64,000 nt of DNA from Thecamonas trahens ATCC 50062 (lineage: Eukaryota; Protista; Apusomonadida). The notes under the pieces are model-generated. The model was not told the DNA's origin. It did no database searches and saw only the letters and a list, made by a program, of their open reading frames with translations. The position numbers were made by a program, and so were the translations under genes. Where the stretch lies: the NCBI RefSeq assembly GCF_000142905.1, contig NW_013657676.1:310001-374000 (forward strand), given 5' to 3'. This document shows positions 1-11,273 of the stretch, one piece after another; within the stretch, counting starts at the first letter, position 1; every line of letters begins with the position of its first letter.

Positions 1-28
1 CACTTTCTCTCTCTCTTACATTGCACGT

Positions 29-1147
29 TCACTGTGGCGCCCCAAAGAACGCACTCAGCTTCTTCACCCCTTCAGGTTCGTTTGCGACAGCCGCTTCTGC
101 GCCGGTGTCATCTTGGACGCAGCCGACGCGGTCGAGCTCGACTTTTTGAATCCCTTGGAGTAGTCCTCCAGCGGTGCAATGTCGGCATCGGTTGCCGCCC
201 CGCTGCTCGCGCTTGTCTTGGCCTTCTTGGCTGCTGCTGCCCGGTCGCCGCTCGTCGTCACCCCGGTCACTGCCTCGCTCAGCTTGGCAGCCCACGTCTC
301 CGACACGTAGTCTGAGACCAGCGCGACGGCAAAGCCTGCAAGCTCGTCGCTCCGCTTGCGCTTCTTGTTGCGCGCCGACGACGAGCGGAAGCCTGAGACC
401 GCCGCCGCAGACACCAACGCCATCTCGCTCGCCCCGAGTCATCGTCGTCGCCCTGCGCGCTCACCGCCGCCACCACCGCCTCGACCTTGGTCTTGAGCCA
501 TGCGACCACACGCGCCTCGTCCAGCCGCCAAAGCGAGCTGTCATCGCCCACCGCCTCCTTGCCCTTGCGCTCGCACAGCGGGCTAAAGTCCGCCACCAGC
601 GCCCCGAGCGTCCGCCCGAGCGCCGGGCACGACTCGCAACTGAGGATCTGGTCCCGTCGATGGAACGATGTCTCAATGCTCGGACACCGCTCCAGCACCG
701 CCAGCATCAGAAACAGCGGATCAAATGGCGTTGCAGCATACATCTTGCCATCTACACCCTCCCCATGTCAGCCCCCGATGCCCCATGTCAGCCCCCAATG
801 TCCCTCCCCTCTCCCGTCAGTCAGCCCGACGCAATGAATCTACACACATACACCGCCTCCACCCCCCCCTTCCTCCCCCCCCCTCCCCCATCCTCCCCTA
901 CACCCTTGAACCGCCGCATACCTGTATGAACACGATCATTAACAAACCACGAGGCCTTGTCCTTGTGGGCCATGTACGCGTTGACCTCCATCAGCCGCGT
1001 TCCCCGCAGCAGGTAGTACACCAGGCGGTCATAAGCTCGCGGGTGAGGGAGCCGCAGCAGATGGCCTTGGCTGCTTCCTCCACTGGGCACCACCCACACC
1101 CGTCCGGATGGCAGCGGTGGTGTCGAGCTCACCACAGGGCCGGGCAT
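29..1147 (-). CDS. RNASEH2B: Ribonuclease H2 subunit B; intron 752-921; two apparent 1-nt deletions (G-runs at 432-435 and 67-70)
   Basis: Exon 1 has LLRLPHPR...SWFVNDRVHT. A GTATG...GTAG intron joins it in phase to DGKMYAATPFDPLFL...LWRLDEARVVAWLKTKV. Downstream frames carry LVSDYV and a C-terminal PIP-box-like KG-VKKLSAFFG. Confidence 0.85.
761..800. repeat. 20-nt tandem duplication in the RNASEH2B intron, each copy with a branch-point-like GCTGAC on the - strand
   Basis: ccccatgtcagcccccgatg / ccccatgtcagcccccaatg. Confidence 0.8.
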
Positions 1148-1475
1148 GGTCGTCTCGACTCAGTGTCGGTGTCGTCTCGAGTGGGGTGCTCCGTGTGATG
1201 GGGCGGGGGGGGGGGGGCGAANNNNNNNNNNNNNNNNNNNNNNNNNNNNNNNNNNNNNNNNNNNNNNNNNNNNNNNNNNNNNNNNNNNNNNNNNNNNNNN
1301 NNNNNNNNNNNNNNNNNNNNNNNNNNNNNNNNNNNNNNNNNNNNNNNNNNNNNNNNNNNNNNNNNNNNNNNNNNNNNNNNNNNNNNNNNNNNNNNNNNNN
1401 NNNATCGTCCTCCTCCTCCCTCCCCCCCCCCCGCCCACCGCCCTGCGGATGGAAGTCCTTCGAATGACTCGTCCT

Positions 1476-1511
1476 GCCCGCCGCAAAATACCGGCCCGCC
1501 GCAAAATACCG
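1476..1511. repeat. 18-nt direct repeat in the divergent RNASEH2B/GNAT region
   Basis: gcccgccgcaaaataccg x2. Confidence 0.75.
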
Positions 1512-1571
1512 CCTCCGCCCAATACGTTTGACAAGCGGACATCGTGGGTCACTCAACCACGGAAATTGGCC

Positions 1572-2501
1572 ATGGCTGGTCCTGCTCCTGGCCTCCCTCT
1601 CCCGGTCCCTGTTCCCACCACCTCCGCCCTTGCATCCTCCACCACCATCACAGACACTATGCTTGCCACTGCTGATGCCTCCTCGTCGGCATGCCCTTCC
1701 TCTGCCGAGCCCACTCCGCCGCTCCCGGCTCCTGTCCCTGCACATGATCCTGTCGGTGAGGACGGCCTGGCGCCATCCATGGCCGAGCCATGCCGGCAAC
1801 CGCTGGCGCCGCTGCCAGCACTGTGCTGCGTGGTTGCCTATTCGGATGTAGCGCCTCGCTTCCAGGCGGGCGTGCTCGATCAGGTCCGTGCCGCCTCGCT
1901 CGACGTCTTCTTCGAGTCCAAGTATGTCGACGAGGTGCCCACCCGTACCTCCGGCGCCTCCCGTTTCGCATGGCGCCTCGACCTTGTCTTTGACGCCGCC
2001 GCGCCCGTTACTGCGAGCGCGGTTGCTGCCGCAAACGCCGTGGCCTCGGGCTCAGAGCCCGAGTCCGAGCCCGAGTCCGAGATCTCCGAGCCGGCCGCTC
2101 AGCCCGAGGTCTACGGCTTTATCCTCTACCGCCTCGGCGGCGAGCTTGCCGACGCCAAGCACCTGGTCGGTATTTCCAAGCTCTGGGTCAACGAGGGCGT
2201 CCGCTGTCGCGGCCTCGGCCACGTCCTCGTCAAGCGCGCCATCTCCTGGGCAAAAAGCCACCGCGCCCTCTACGTCACCCTCTGGGCCTACAACGACGCC
2301 ATCCGCTTCTACAGAAACATGGGCTTTAAGCTTGGCATCGCCTCCGAGGACAGCATCGCCGCTCAGGCCGAGGGCACCTTTCACAACGAGGTCTCCAAGT
2401 ACATGGAGAAGTTTGTTGGAACCCGCAAGCAGCGCAAGGACATGAACCGCGGCATTTCCTCCCGCCGCAACAAGCGCAAGAACCGCACGCGCTATCGTTG
2501 A
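1572..2501 (+). CDS. GNAT-family N-acetyltransferase (start could be 1449)
   Basis: ISKLWVNEGVRCRGLGHVLV (acetyl-CoA motif A) and NDAIRFYRNMGF (motif B); basic C-terminal tail. Confidence 0.8.
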   Translation: MAGPAPGLPLPVPVPTTSALASSTTITDTMLATADASSSACPSSAEPTPPLPAPVPAHDPVGEDGLAPSMAEPCRQPLAPLPALCCVVAYSDVAPRFQAGVLDQVRAASLDVFFESKYVDEVPTRTSGASRFAWRLDLVFDAAAPVTASAVAAANAVASGSEPESEPESEISEPAAQPEVYGFILYRLGGELADAKHLVGISKLWVNEGVRCRGLGHVLVKRAISWAKSHRALYVTLWAYNDAIRFYRNMGFKLGIASEDSIAAQAEGTFHNEVSKYMEKFVGTRKQRKDMNRGISSRRNKRKNRTRYR

Positions 2502-2545
2502 TCGTCACGCTCGCCAAACTCCGGCTCGTTTGACTACTCAAGCTT

Positions 2546-5500
2546 TCAGCGCTGATCGCGCCCGCTGTATCGCCGGCGGCCCGGCCCACGCTCCCACACC
2601 CCGGCCTCGGTCCGCGCCGCAAATTGCGCATCGTCGCCCGCACCCTCGCCGCCGTCGCTTCCGCTGCCGCCGCCCGCCGCCGCTGCCCGGCTTGACCCAG
2701 CGAACCGGACATACCACGACTTGCGCGCACTCCGGCCGTCCGTCCCGGTCAGCTCATAGCACTGCTGCTTCATCCGCGTCGCCGCCGCCGCCCGCCGCGC
2801 CCCAGATCCGAGTTCGGCATAGCCCGAGCCACCAACTCTCGCCACCCGCCGATCGGCGTTGAGCAACTCACGAAAGTCGGCCTGCTGCCCTCGCTCACTC
2901 GCTCCCCCGGCCCGGTCCCCTGCGTCGGCCCCGACCAGTGAGACCGCAATGCCGCCGACCCGCGCCAGCGCGTCCGACCCACTAATCGAGACCCTGACCC
3001 GGTCAAACAGCTCGATACGCGCAAGCTCGGCATCGCTCCCACCGCGCGCCACAACCCGCAGCGAGCCCGCGTCGAGTTCGACCGCATACCCGCTGCCGCT
3101 GCTCTCAAATTGAGCAAACCACGGGTGCTCGCCGCCAGCAAGCTCGGTCGCAGACACATAGACCGGCGCCCGGAGCCCGTACTCGGCCACGTACACCTCG
3201 AATCCGTTGTCAAAGAACGAGTATGCCACTCCGCTCGCCTCGACAGGCCCGTGCAGCTTAAAGTACAGGTTGCGGAAGAGATCCACCGAGTCACGCTGGG
3301 CCGCCTTGGCCACCCGGTTGCGGTCGTTGAGGTGCGCCGCCAGAAGCTCCACCCCGCGGTTCGCCAGGCTCGGCACCACCGGCCCGTCGCCCACCGCAGC
3401 AAGCAGCTCGCGGTGGACCATGACGTCGGCGTACCGCCGAATTGGAGACGTAAAGTGCGTGTAGTACGCCGCTGCAAGCCCGTAGTGGTAGAACTCATCC
3501 TCGGCCACAGAGCCCGTCGAAAAGTACACCGCCTCGGACATCGCCGCCGTCGCGAGCTGCCGCAGCAGCTGAAGCGTCTCGCCGTCACCCACCATCGCTG
3601 CAGAGAGCGACGCCGCAAGGCCCGCGTTCGACGACGTGTCCAGCGCGTAGCCACGAAGTGTCGCCACACGCACAAGATCCTCAAACGCCTCGTTGCGCGG
3701 CAGCGGGTGCCGCCGCAGCAGCGCCGCCTCGGGGTACGCCACATACACTCGCTCGGCAACAGCCTCGTTGGCAAGAATCATAAACTCCGCCACAATGTCC
3801 ATCATCTCCAGCTGGACCTTGGCTGAAAGCCCGACAACACTCGACGTTGCCACAGCGCTTCCGGCAGTGCCTTCGGAAAACTGCACCCGCATCTCGTCCG
3901 AGTGCAGCTCGAGCGCGCCGCGCGCCCGCCGCTTCTCTTTCAGCGCACGCCCAAAGCCCACAAGAAGTCCAATGTCGCGCCGCAGCTGCGCCAGGTCGTC
4001 TTGCGAGACGCCTGCAAATGGTGCAAAGCGCGCCACCTTTGCCGAGCCCACGCCCTCGTCAAACAGTGCTTGCGCTTGCCCGTACTCGAGCTGGTACGAC
4101 GAGTTGATCACCGTCCGCCCAAACCACACGTCTCTGACCGAGAACCCCTTGCTCACGTCGACCGTAAAGATTGCCGACACCGCAAGCCGGTCCACGCCGC
4201 CACGAAGCGAGCACAAGTCCTCTGACAGCACAGCAGGCAGCATGTCATACCGTCGGTCCGCGAGGTAAACCGTAGTCCCGCGCTGCCGCGCCTCGGCGTC
4301 GAGCACAGACCCGGCCGCCACAAAGTGCGACACATCCGCAATGTGCACCCCAAACTCGACGCAACCAGCGTGCTTCCCGCTTGTCACTTCGCACACAGAC
4401 AGCGCGTCGTCGACGTCCTTGGAGCCCGGCGGGTCGATCGACGCCACACGGTGCAGCCCGCGCACATCGCGCCGCGCCGCAACCTCGGCAGCAGGAACCT
4501 CCCACGCCGCGCCGATCTCGTGGTCCGGCAGCTCGGCCAGTGCCGCCGGCGAAAACGGCTCGACCACAATGGTATTGGCCAGCAGTAGCGCCTCCATCTC
4601 CACCGCAGCGTCGCCCACAGCACCTAGCGCCCGGACCACGTGGCCCGACGGGTACGCCGACGACGCACGCCACTCATCGAGTGACACAAGGAGCCGCTGG
4701 CCAAACAGGCTCGCCAACCGCGAAGACGACACACGGATCTTAGGCAGCCGGATGTCCATCGGGACTGCCAGCACAGAGTTTGGCACCAGCGCCCCGTCAT
4801 TCAGCGCCGGTAGCGTGGCAATCATCGGTCCGCTCAGCGTCCGCCGCATCACCGCCACCACACTCCCGGTCATGACCGCGTCCTCAGAGCCGGTTCCGGA
4901 GTCGCCGCCCTCGCTCGCCCCGCTGCCTTCGGATCCGCCGCCGCGCCCGCGCGACATCGACTGTGGCGGCACCTCCCACAGTGACCGCGGCAGAATCCTC
5001 ACAGCAACCTCGTCGTCTTGGATCGCTCGGTTGCGCGCCTTGAGCGACGAAATGTAAATGCGCTCTCCGGTCCGGCTCGTCACAAACGCTGCCCGTCGGT
5101 TCCGCCGCGATACCGCGAGCACGCCCGCAACTAGCACCCCAGACTTGAGCCCGGCCTCGACCACAGCCTCGGACGCATGCGGCTCAAACATGAGCGACTC
5201 GCTTCCGCCTTCACCCTCACCTGCAGCTCGCGCAGCTTCTTGCTCGCGCTTTCGCGCCAGCAGCTCGTCCAGCGACTCGTTGAGCAGCGCTGCCTTGTCC
5301 ACCAGCGCGGCATCGCCGCTCCTCAGCATGTGGCTCAGCCTGCTCCCAGCCTGCAGCGCCCGCAAATACTCGGCAGTCGTCAGAACCTCGACCACCGGCG
5401 CGTCGGGAGTCACCGCAGGCCGGTCCTCGCTCGCCGCCTCGTTGGAGAGGACGACCACCGAGACGTCCGGACCGAGGCCCAAATGATCGGCGTAAAAGTT

Positions 5501-6175
5501 GCCGAGAACAACCGCCAGATCGCGCGCAGCTCCCGGCGTTGCTCCGCCAGACAGTCGCTGAACCTCGCCGGCCAGATCCTCGCAGGCGTGGTCGGAAAAG
5601 ACTACCACCGACCGCCGGGTGTCGGCAGTCAGCGTTCGAATCTCCTCCAGCGTCCGCGTGTATCCAATGTCCTGCAGCCGCGTGATGGCCGAGCCAGAGA
5701 CCACCACGTTGTCAAACAGCGCTGGATACGCCGTGAAGAGCTGCGTATGCTCGCACAGCACGCCAAAGTCCGGCACCAGGATCAGCCGCGCTCCGCTCAC
5801 TCGCCGGGCGAGCGACGGGAAGGCACCCCACAGGTCGCCGGCATCGGCCGTCGCCTGTCCCGCGCACCGCTCACACCCTTCCGTCCGGCACTCCCAGTCC
5901 TGACGGACATACCGTTCACGGACCACCCGCGTCACTCCGTTCCGTTTCGACCGCACCGCAAACACCTTGTCTGCAGCCTTGGCAAACCGGCCCATGCCCT
6001 CCACCCCGCGACCACGCTCGCTCATGCCCCGTCCGCCGTGCTCTCCTCCTCCTCCGTCGCCCAACTCTAGCCGCTGGCTCCATGCCCCGAGCTCGCCTAC
6101 GCCACCAGCTGCACCTGCTCCATCCCCGGTTCCGCTCGCCACACCCGCCATTGCGCGACAAGAGTGCCCGACCAT
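2546..6175 (-). CDS. DIS3L: DIS3-like exonuclease 1 (degenerate PIN + CSD + RNB + S1); start uncertain (6175, 6025 or 5995)
   Basis: N-terminal VVRERYVR..C....C; PIN-like LVPDFGV; RNB motifs SIDPPGSKDVDDALS, TTVYLADRRYDMLPAVLSEDLCSL, HYGLAAAYYTHFTSPIRRYADVMVHR. Confidence 0.85.
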   Translation of the reverse strand: MVGHSCRAMAGVASGTGDGAGAAGGVGELGAWSQRLELGDGGGGEHGGRGMSERGRGVEGMGRFAKAADKVFAVRSKRNGVTRVVRERYVRQDWECRTEGCERCAGQATADAGDLWGAFPSLARRVSGARLILVPDFGVLCEHTQLFTAYPALFDNVVVSGSAITRLQDIGYTRTLEEIRTLTADTRRSVVVFSDHACEDLAGEVQRLSGGATPGAARDLAVVLGNFYADHLGLGPDVSVVVLSNEAASEDRPAVTPDAPVVEVLTTAEYLRALQAGSRLSHMLRSGDAALVDKAALLNESLDELLARKREQEAARAAGEGEGGSESLMFEPHASEAVVEAGLKSGVLVAGVLAVSRRNRRAAFVTSRTGERIYISSLKARNRAIQDDEVAVRILPRSLWEVPPQSMSRGRGGGSEGSGASEGGDSGTGSEDAVMTGSVVAVMRRTLSGPMIATLPALNDGALVPNSVLAVPMDIRLPKIRVSSSRLASLFGQRLLVSLDEWRASSAYPSGHVVRALGAVGDAAVEMEALLLANTIVVEPFSPAALAELPDHEIGAAWEVPAAEVAARRDVRGLHRVASIDPPGSKDVDDALSVCEVTSGKHAGCVEFGVHIADVSHFVAAGSVLDAEARQRGTTVYLADRRYDMLPAVLSEDLCSLRGGVDRLAVSAIFTVDVSKGFSVRDVWFGRTVINSSYQLEYGQAQALFDEGVGSAKVARFAPFAGVSQDDLAQLRRDIGLLVGFGRALKEKRRARGALELHSDEMRVQFSEGTAGSAVATSSVVGLSAKVQLEMMDIVAEFMILANEAVAERVYVAYPEAALLRRHPLPRNEAFEDLVRVATLRGYALDTSSNAGLAASLSAAMVGDGETLQLLRQLATAAMSEAVYFSTGSVAEDEFYHYGLAAAYYTHFTSPIRRYADVMVHRELLAAVGDGPVVPSLANRGVELLAAHLNDRNRVAKAAQRDSVDLFRNLYFKLHGPVEASGVAYSFFDNGFEVYVAEYGLRAPVYVSATELAGGEHPWFAQFESSGSGYAVELDAGSLRVVARGGSDAELARIELFDRVRVSISGSDALARVGGIAVSLVGADAGDRAGGASERGQQADFRELLNADRRVARVGGSGYAELGSGARRAAAATRMKQQCYELTGTDGRSARKSWYVRFAGSSRAAAAGGGSGSDGGEGAGDDAQFAARTEAGVWERGPGRRRYSGRDQR

Positions 6176-6184
6176 GTCCCTGAC

Positions 6185-6244
6185 CTCGCCATCGCCCTCG
6201 CGATCGCCCTTGCGATCGTCCTCGCGATCGCCCTCGCGATCGCC
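6185..6244. repeat. 5 x 12-nt tandem repeat (ctcgcgatcgcc consensus) with palindromic GCGATCGC cores
   Basis: ctcgccatcgcc ctcgcgatcgcc cttgcgatcgtc ctcgcgatcgcc ctcgcgatcgcc. Confidence 0.85.
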
Positions 6245-6635
6245 GCCAAATGGCCCCGATCCCTCCCTCCCTCCCTCCCCCCCCCCCCCCCCCACCAAGG
6301 GGGGATTGGGTCGGACTATAAAACATGCACCCCGAACCGGTACTCAAGAAAACGAGACGGAAAGGAAGCGTCCAAATCCCACAGCATTGATAAGAACCAG
6401 GATANNNNNNNNNNNNNNNNNNNNNNNNNNNNNNNNNNNNNNNNNNNNNNNNNNNNNNNNNNNNNNNNNNNNNNNNNNNNNNNNNNNNNNNNNNNNNNNN
6501 NNNNCCGGCCCGGACCCAAACTACCGGACCGCCTCCCTCCCCTCCCTCCCCCCTCCCCCCCCCACCCACCACCACCACGCAGCCGCAATAAAACCACCTC
6601 TCCCACCGTCTCCGCTGCCACCCGTTCCAGGCCGT

Positions 6636-9600
6636 ATGGCCTCCATCGTCCCCACCGCCAACCACACGCCCGCCCGCGCACTTGCCTTTCTTCCACCCCC
6701 GCTCCCCCCGTGGCTTCTTGCCGCGCCGGGCTCGACACTCGCCTTAGTCGACCCCGCAGCCGGGCGAGGCGACTCGGTCCTCGCACAGGTCGACCTCCTC
6801 CGCGGCTCGGTACTCCATCATCTGGCCATTTCCCGCCACACGGATGTGACCCCTTCCGGTGCTGATGCGCTGATTGTTGCCGCCGGCGGCAAGTTTGTCG
6901 CCGCTCTCGCGCTCACGGTCGATCCGCCAGCACTCGACCTCGTGTTCTGCACCTCGCTGCGTGACTTTGTCACCGATGTGGCTGTTGCGGGCGACGGTGC
7001 GCTGGTCATCGCCCTTGCATCGTCGCGCATTCTGGTTGCTGATTTGGCGGCCACACTGGCTTCTGCCGCCGCTGCGCTGTGTCCGCCGTCGCCTGTCGTG
7101 ACCCTTGCCTCGGGCGCGGTGCTGCCGGCCACTGCGCCGCTGGTGCTCCTCGCTCAGTACACTGTCGCCGACTGGTGCATCCTGTACGCTACATCGATCT
7201 TTGCCCCCTCTCGTGATGCTATCGTGGTTGCTGTCGGCTCGGCGTTTGGCGACGTCAACGTCTGGCGCCTGCCTCCACTGCCGGCCGAGCCGGGCACGCC
7301 CATCGTGCTGGACGCTGACCACGTTGAGTCTGTTGTGGTAGGCCAGGGCAACCGCGGATGCGGCGCCATTGCCAACGTTCTCTGGTCGCCGTGCGGCCGG
7401 CTCCTTGCGGTCGCCTCGGACGACCGCCTCGGACGGATCTGGGTGCCATCTCACGCCGAGACGAGGCCGGCGACCTGGTCGTGCCTGGCTCGGCTGGCAG
7501 GCCACTCGGCGCGGGTCTGCGATGTGGCCTTTGTGGTCCCATCTCCAGGCGAGCTGCCGACCCACGCCATTACGGTCGGTGAAGACGTGCTCGCAGCAAT
7601 GTGGCGGCTCAACGCTTCCACCCCGGCTTCGCTAGACGGCGAGCTGGCCGAGTGTACCGCCTTGTGGTCATCTCACGTCGGCAAAAACATCTGGCGCGCC
7701 GCTGTTTCCCCTCGGCTTGGCGTCGTTGCCACTGCAGGCGGCGACGGCGGCATCAAGCTCTGGCCTCTCGACCAGCCTCGCATTCTGCGCGAGAGCACCA
7801 CGCACTCACCTCGCGTGGGCAGCGATGGCACCAACACCATTCGCGCCCTCGCCGCCCTGCCTGACGCATCATACGTCGCCGCAACTCGCGACGGCCGGAT
7901 CCTCGCCTTGCAGCGCCCAGACTGTGTGTGGTCCGAGCTGCTGGCACTGCCAGCCACCGCCGCCCGGCCGGCCCGTGACTTTGCTGCACTCGCAATCCAT
8001 CACACCGCCTCAGACGCGCTAGTTGCGGCAGGTAATCGGGTCGGCGATGTCCACCTCGTGCAGATCTCTGCTGGCAACGAGCCCCTGGCGGCTGTTGTTG
8101 AGGCGAGCGAGGCATCGGCCATCATCGGCGTCCACTGGATCGAGTGGAACTCAGCATGGAGTGAGGGTCCGGGCCTAGCAATAGCACACGCCAATGGTGT
8201 ACTCGTCATCTGGTCCGTCAGCTACCAGCCGCTGGCGTTGCGGCCGCTAGCCCGCATCGCTTTCTTGCATCGTCGCAAGGTGACGAGTATGGCGCATGCC
8301 GTCTCGCGGGCAGGTGACGTTGTGACGCTCGCCTGTGGCGACTGCCGCGGCCGAGTTACTGCCGTGCAGCTCGATGTTAACGCAAGTGCGCTCGGCTTTG
8401 ACGTCACGGGCGCCGCCTCTCCGGCACCGTCGCCGGCATCCACGCCGGCAAGCCCGTGACCTCGCTCGCAATCTCGGCTCGTCCACTGCCGCAAGGACTG
8501 GATGCTGTTCGAATGTACTCGACCGGCCGCGATGGCACTGTATCAGCTCTTATCCTCACTACCGCCCACTGCGACGCTGTTGTCGACTCGGGCGTCGCCT
8601 CACAGACCGCCGACGGCATGTGGGTGCTTGATGCTGTTGCCACTCAGCTGTACGACGTTTCGCGGCAAGCATCGATCGGGCTCCAGCTCGGGCACAAGTG
8701 GCGGCTGACTGACGAGCTGACTGAGATTGTGGCCGTGGCCGAGGATGCCGAGACCGGCGACGTCATTGTTGCTGGCCATCGCGGCGGCTGGTTTGCTGTG
8801 GTCGATTTGACGTCTGGCGCGGCGCTGGTCAAGTTTCACACCTCGTCAGCGGGCTACCAGGCTCCGACGGTCTTTAGCGCCTGCACGCCGCATGCCGAGT
8901 CTTGGCGGGTCGCCTTTGCCCGCGCCGACGGCGTAGTCACCGAGCTTGCGCCGGTTTCGCTGCTGGGGCGGGCGGCGGAGGTGGTTACGAGCAGGACGCT
9001 CCGGCCGTCGATCCACGGCCGCAACATCGGCGCCATTGCTGTGGCGACGCCGGGCGGCGACGACGACGCTTTGCTGTACACCTTTACCGGCTCGATCGAC
9101 GGCATGGTCCAAGTCTGCCGAGTCGCCGGCGATGGCAGAGCACTCGAGCCGATTACACGCCTCGACGCGCACGACTCGATCGTGCGAGCGATCGCGGTGC
9201 TCGAGCACAGCAGAGGCCGGCTGGTGGCGACTGGCGGTGGCGGCGACGGGCTGACCGTGTGGCGCGAGCGCGGGATCGGACGCGATAGGCTGTACGAGTG
9301 TGTGGTCCACGTTCACGCGCCCAAGGCCCAGACCAAGTCACGGATCATGGCGCTTGAGGCGTATGAGCTCGGCAACGACGGCGGCTGGCTCGGCCTGGTC
9401 GTTGCGGCTTCGAACTCGCGGGTCTCGCTAGCGCGAGTTGAGCTTGCCACTGGCATCCTTCACTGGCGCCCACGCGGATTCGGCTCGAGCGCGGCCGCGC
9501 CGACCTCGATCGATGTCGGATCGTGCCCGCTGGCGTCGGCGTCGGACGCTGTGCCGGGCACAGCTTGCAGCCTGGCCGTTGTCGGGCTCACTTCTGGTGA

Positions 9601-10126
9601 GCTTGCTGTCTTTATCGTCGATCGCGACACAATCGACGGGCTGACGCTTGGCGTCACAATTGCGGCGCACGCGACCGGCGCAAACGCGGTGGCGCTGGAA
9701 CGGGCGCCAGAGTACGACGACGCCGCCGCTGGCACGCTTGCGTGGTGGGTGGCGAGCGGCGGCGACGACCATGCCCTGGTGGCGAGCCTGGTGCATGCGA
9801 CGGTGGCCGGCGGCAGTGTGTGTCAAGTGACGCACGAGAGCCAGCGGACGCTGCGATGCAGTGGCGCGGCGGCGTCGGCCATCACCGGCGTGGCGCTGGC
9901 CATGCCGTACGCGGTCGTGTCGGGTCCAGATCAGCGCGTGGCAGTGTTCGAGGTGAGTCCGCGCGAGGCGCCAAGTGAGTGGACGTGGGTGACAGGCTAC
10001 TGCGCCGACGTCGGCGACGTCGGAGCGATTGCGGTCGAGTGGCAGAGCGGGACCGTGGTTGTGGCCGGCGACGGCATGCAGGTCTTCCGCGTGACAGTCA
10101 CAGAGCCAGAGAGGGCTTCCACTTGA
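6636..10126 (+). CDS. WDR6: WD40 protein WDR6/Trm734 (tRNA 2'-O-methyltransferase partner), split by an apparent 1-nt deletion near 8408-8417
   Basis: WCILYA, ASDDR..RIW, GHSARV, HVGKNIWR, TAGGDGGIKLW. The second frame continues GIHAGKPVTSLAI, SIHGRNI, SGGDDHAL, DVGDV. Confidence 0.8.
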
Positions 10127-10952
10127 AGATGGCGTCGGCGATCTGGGCCGGGGTGTTGTCTGCGCCGAACAGCTCGACGACGTGGCCCTCGGGCGAGACC
10201 AGGTAGGTAAACATCGAGTGGTCGATGACGTAGTCGTCGGCAGCCATCTCGTCGGCGGAAAGGGCGCGAACGTAGACCTTGTACGCCTTGGCCAGACGGG
10301 CCATTTGCTCGTCCGAACCGGTCCAGCCGACCAGCCGCTGGTGGAAGCCGGCCACGTACTTGCGCATCAGCTCGAGGGTGTCACGCGGCGGATCGACCGA
10401 GGCAAAGACGAGCTGGACGTGGCGGGCGAGCTCGGGCTCGACCGTCTCCAGTCGGCGGAGCGCCTTGCTCAGCTTGGTCAGCTCGGTGGGACAGATGTCC
10501 GGGCAGTGGGTAAAGCCAAAGTACAGTAGAGTGAGCTTGCCCAGCAGATCGGCCTCGGTCACGACTGGCGCGCCGTCGGCCGTCGACACGGCATCAAACG
10601 CCCCGCCGAGCTCCGGGAACGGGTTGCTCGGGTCGACGCCCTCCTCGGCCTCGAGCACCGGCTTCTCCGGATTGAGCGCCTGGTACGTAGCGGCGCCCAT
10701 GGCCGCCGAGATGGCCACCAGGACTCCGGCAAGCACCTTTTGCGCTCCCGATGGGCCCGCGCTCCCACCTGCCGCAGCTGCACCCTCCCCGCCGGCAGCA
10801 TCCTGCCCAGCCGCCTCGGCCATGCTCCTGCGCTGTGACGCGTACTCCGCCTGCCGCCCGCCAGCCCGCCTAACACCAATGGCGCCCATCCCCCGCATCA
10901 TCGCCATCCCCCGCATCGTCGCCATGACTGGTGTCGCAACCATCCGCAGCAT
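10098..10952 (-). CDS. SCO1: Mitochondrial copper chaperone SCO1/SCO2
   Basis: Arg/Met-rich presequence, one TM segment, YFGFTHCPDICPTEL (CxxxC), SVDPPRD, YVIDHSMFTYLVSPEG. Confidence 0.95.
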   Translation of the reverse strand: MLRMVATPVMATMRGMAMMRGMGAIGVRRAGGRQAEYASQRRSMAEAAGQDAAGGEGAAAAGGSAGPSGAQKVLAGVLVAISAAMGAATYQALNPEKPVLEAEEGVDPSNPFPELGGAFDAVSTADGAPVVTEADLLGKLTLLYFGFTHCPDICPTELTKLSKALRRLETVEPELARHVQLVFASVDPPRDTLELMRKYVAGFHQRLVGWTGSDEQMARLAKAYKVYVRALSADEMAADDYVIDHSMFTYLVSPEGHVVELFGADNTPAQIADAIFKWKPSLAL

Positions 10953-11273
10953 CTTCCCTCAGCTTTGTCGAATATGGTGGCGGGTGGAGCGTATAGTCGA
11001 GTAGTGTCTGCCGACAATGTCGGCGCCGGTCCCCCTCCGCTGTTTGCTCCGCTGCCGCCAGCCAAACCAACCCGCCAGCCTCTTCCCGCCAGCCAGCCAG
11101 CCAGCTACCCGCCGCCAGCGGCGTGACACACGCACCGCCAAAAAAGGGCCGCCCGACATTGGCACGTGTTCCCCCCTCCCCCTCCCCCCGCACCTCCCCA
11201 CCCCCCCCCCCCTCCCACACCCACACCCACACCCACACCCATACCACTCGCCACCCCCTTCTCTCTCGCACGC

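Noticed and set aside
424-462. Possible 41-nt intron (GTGAGC...CGAG, about 464-424 on the - strand) as an alternative repair of the first RNASEH2B frame break
   Set aside because: The acceptor is GAG rather than YAG, and the segment reads as plausible coding sequence; a one-base G-run deletion is simpler.
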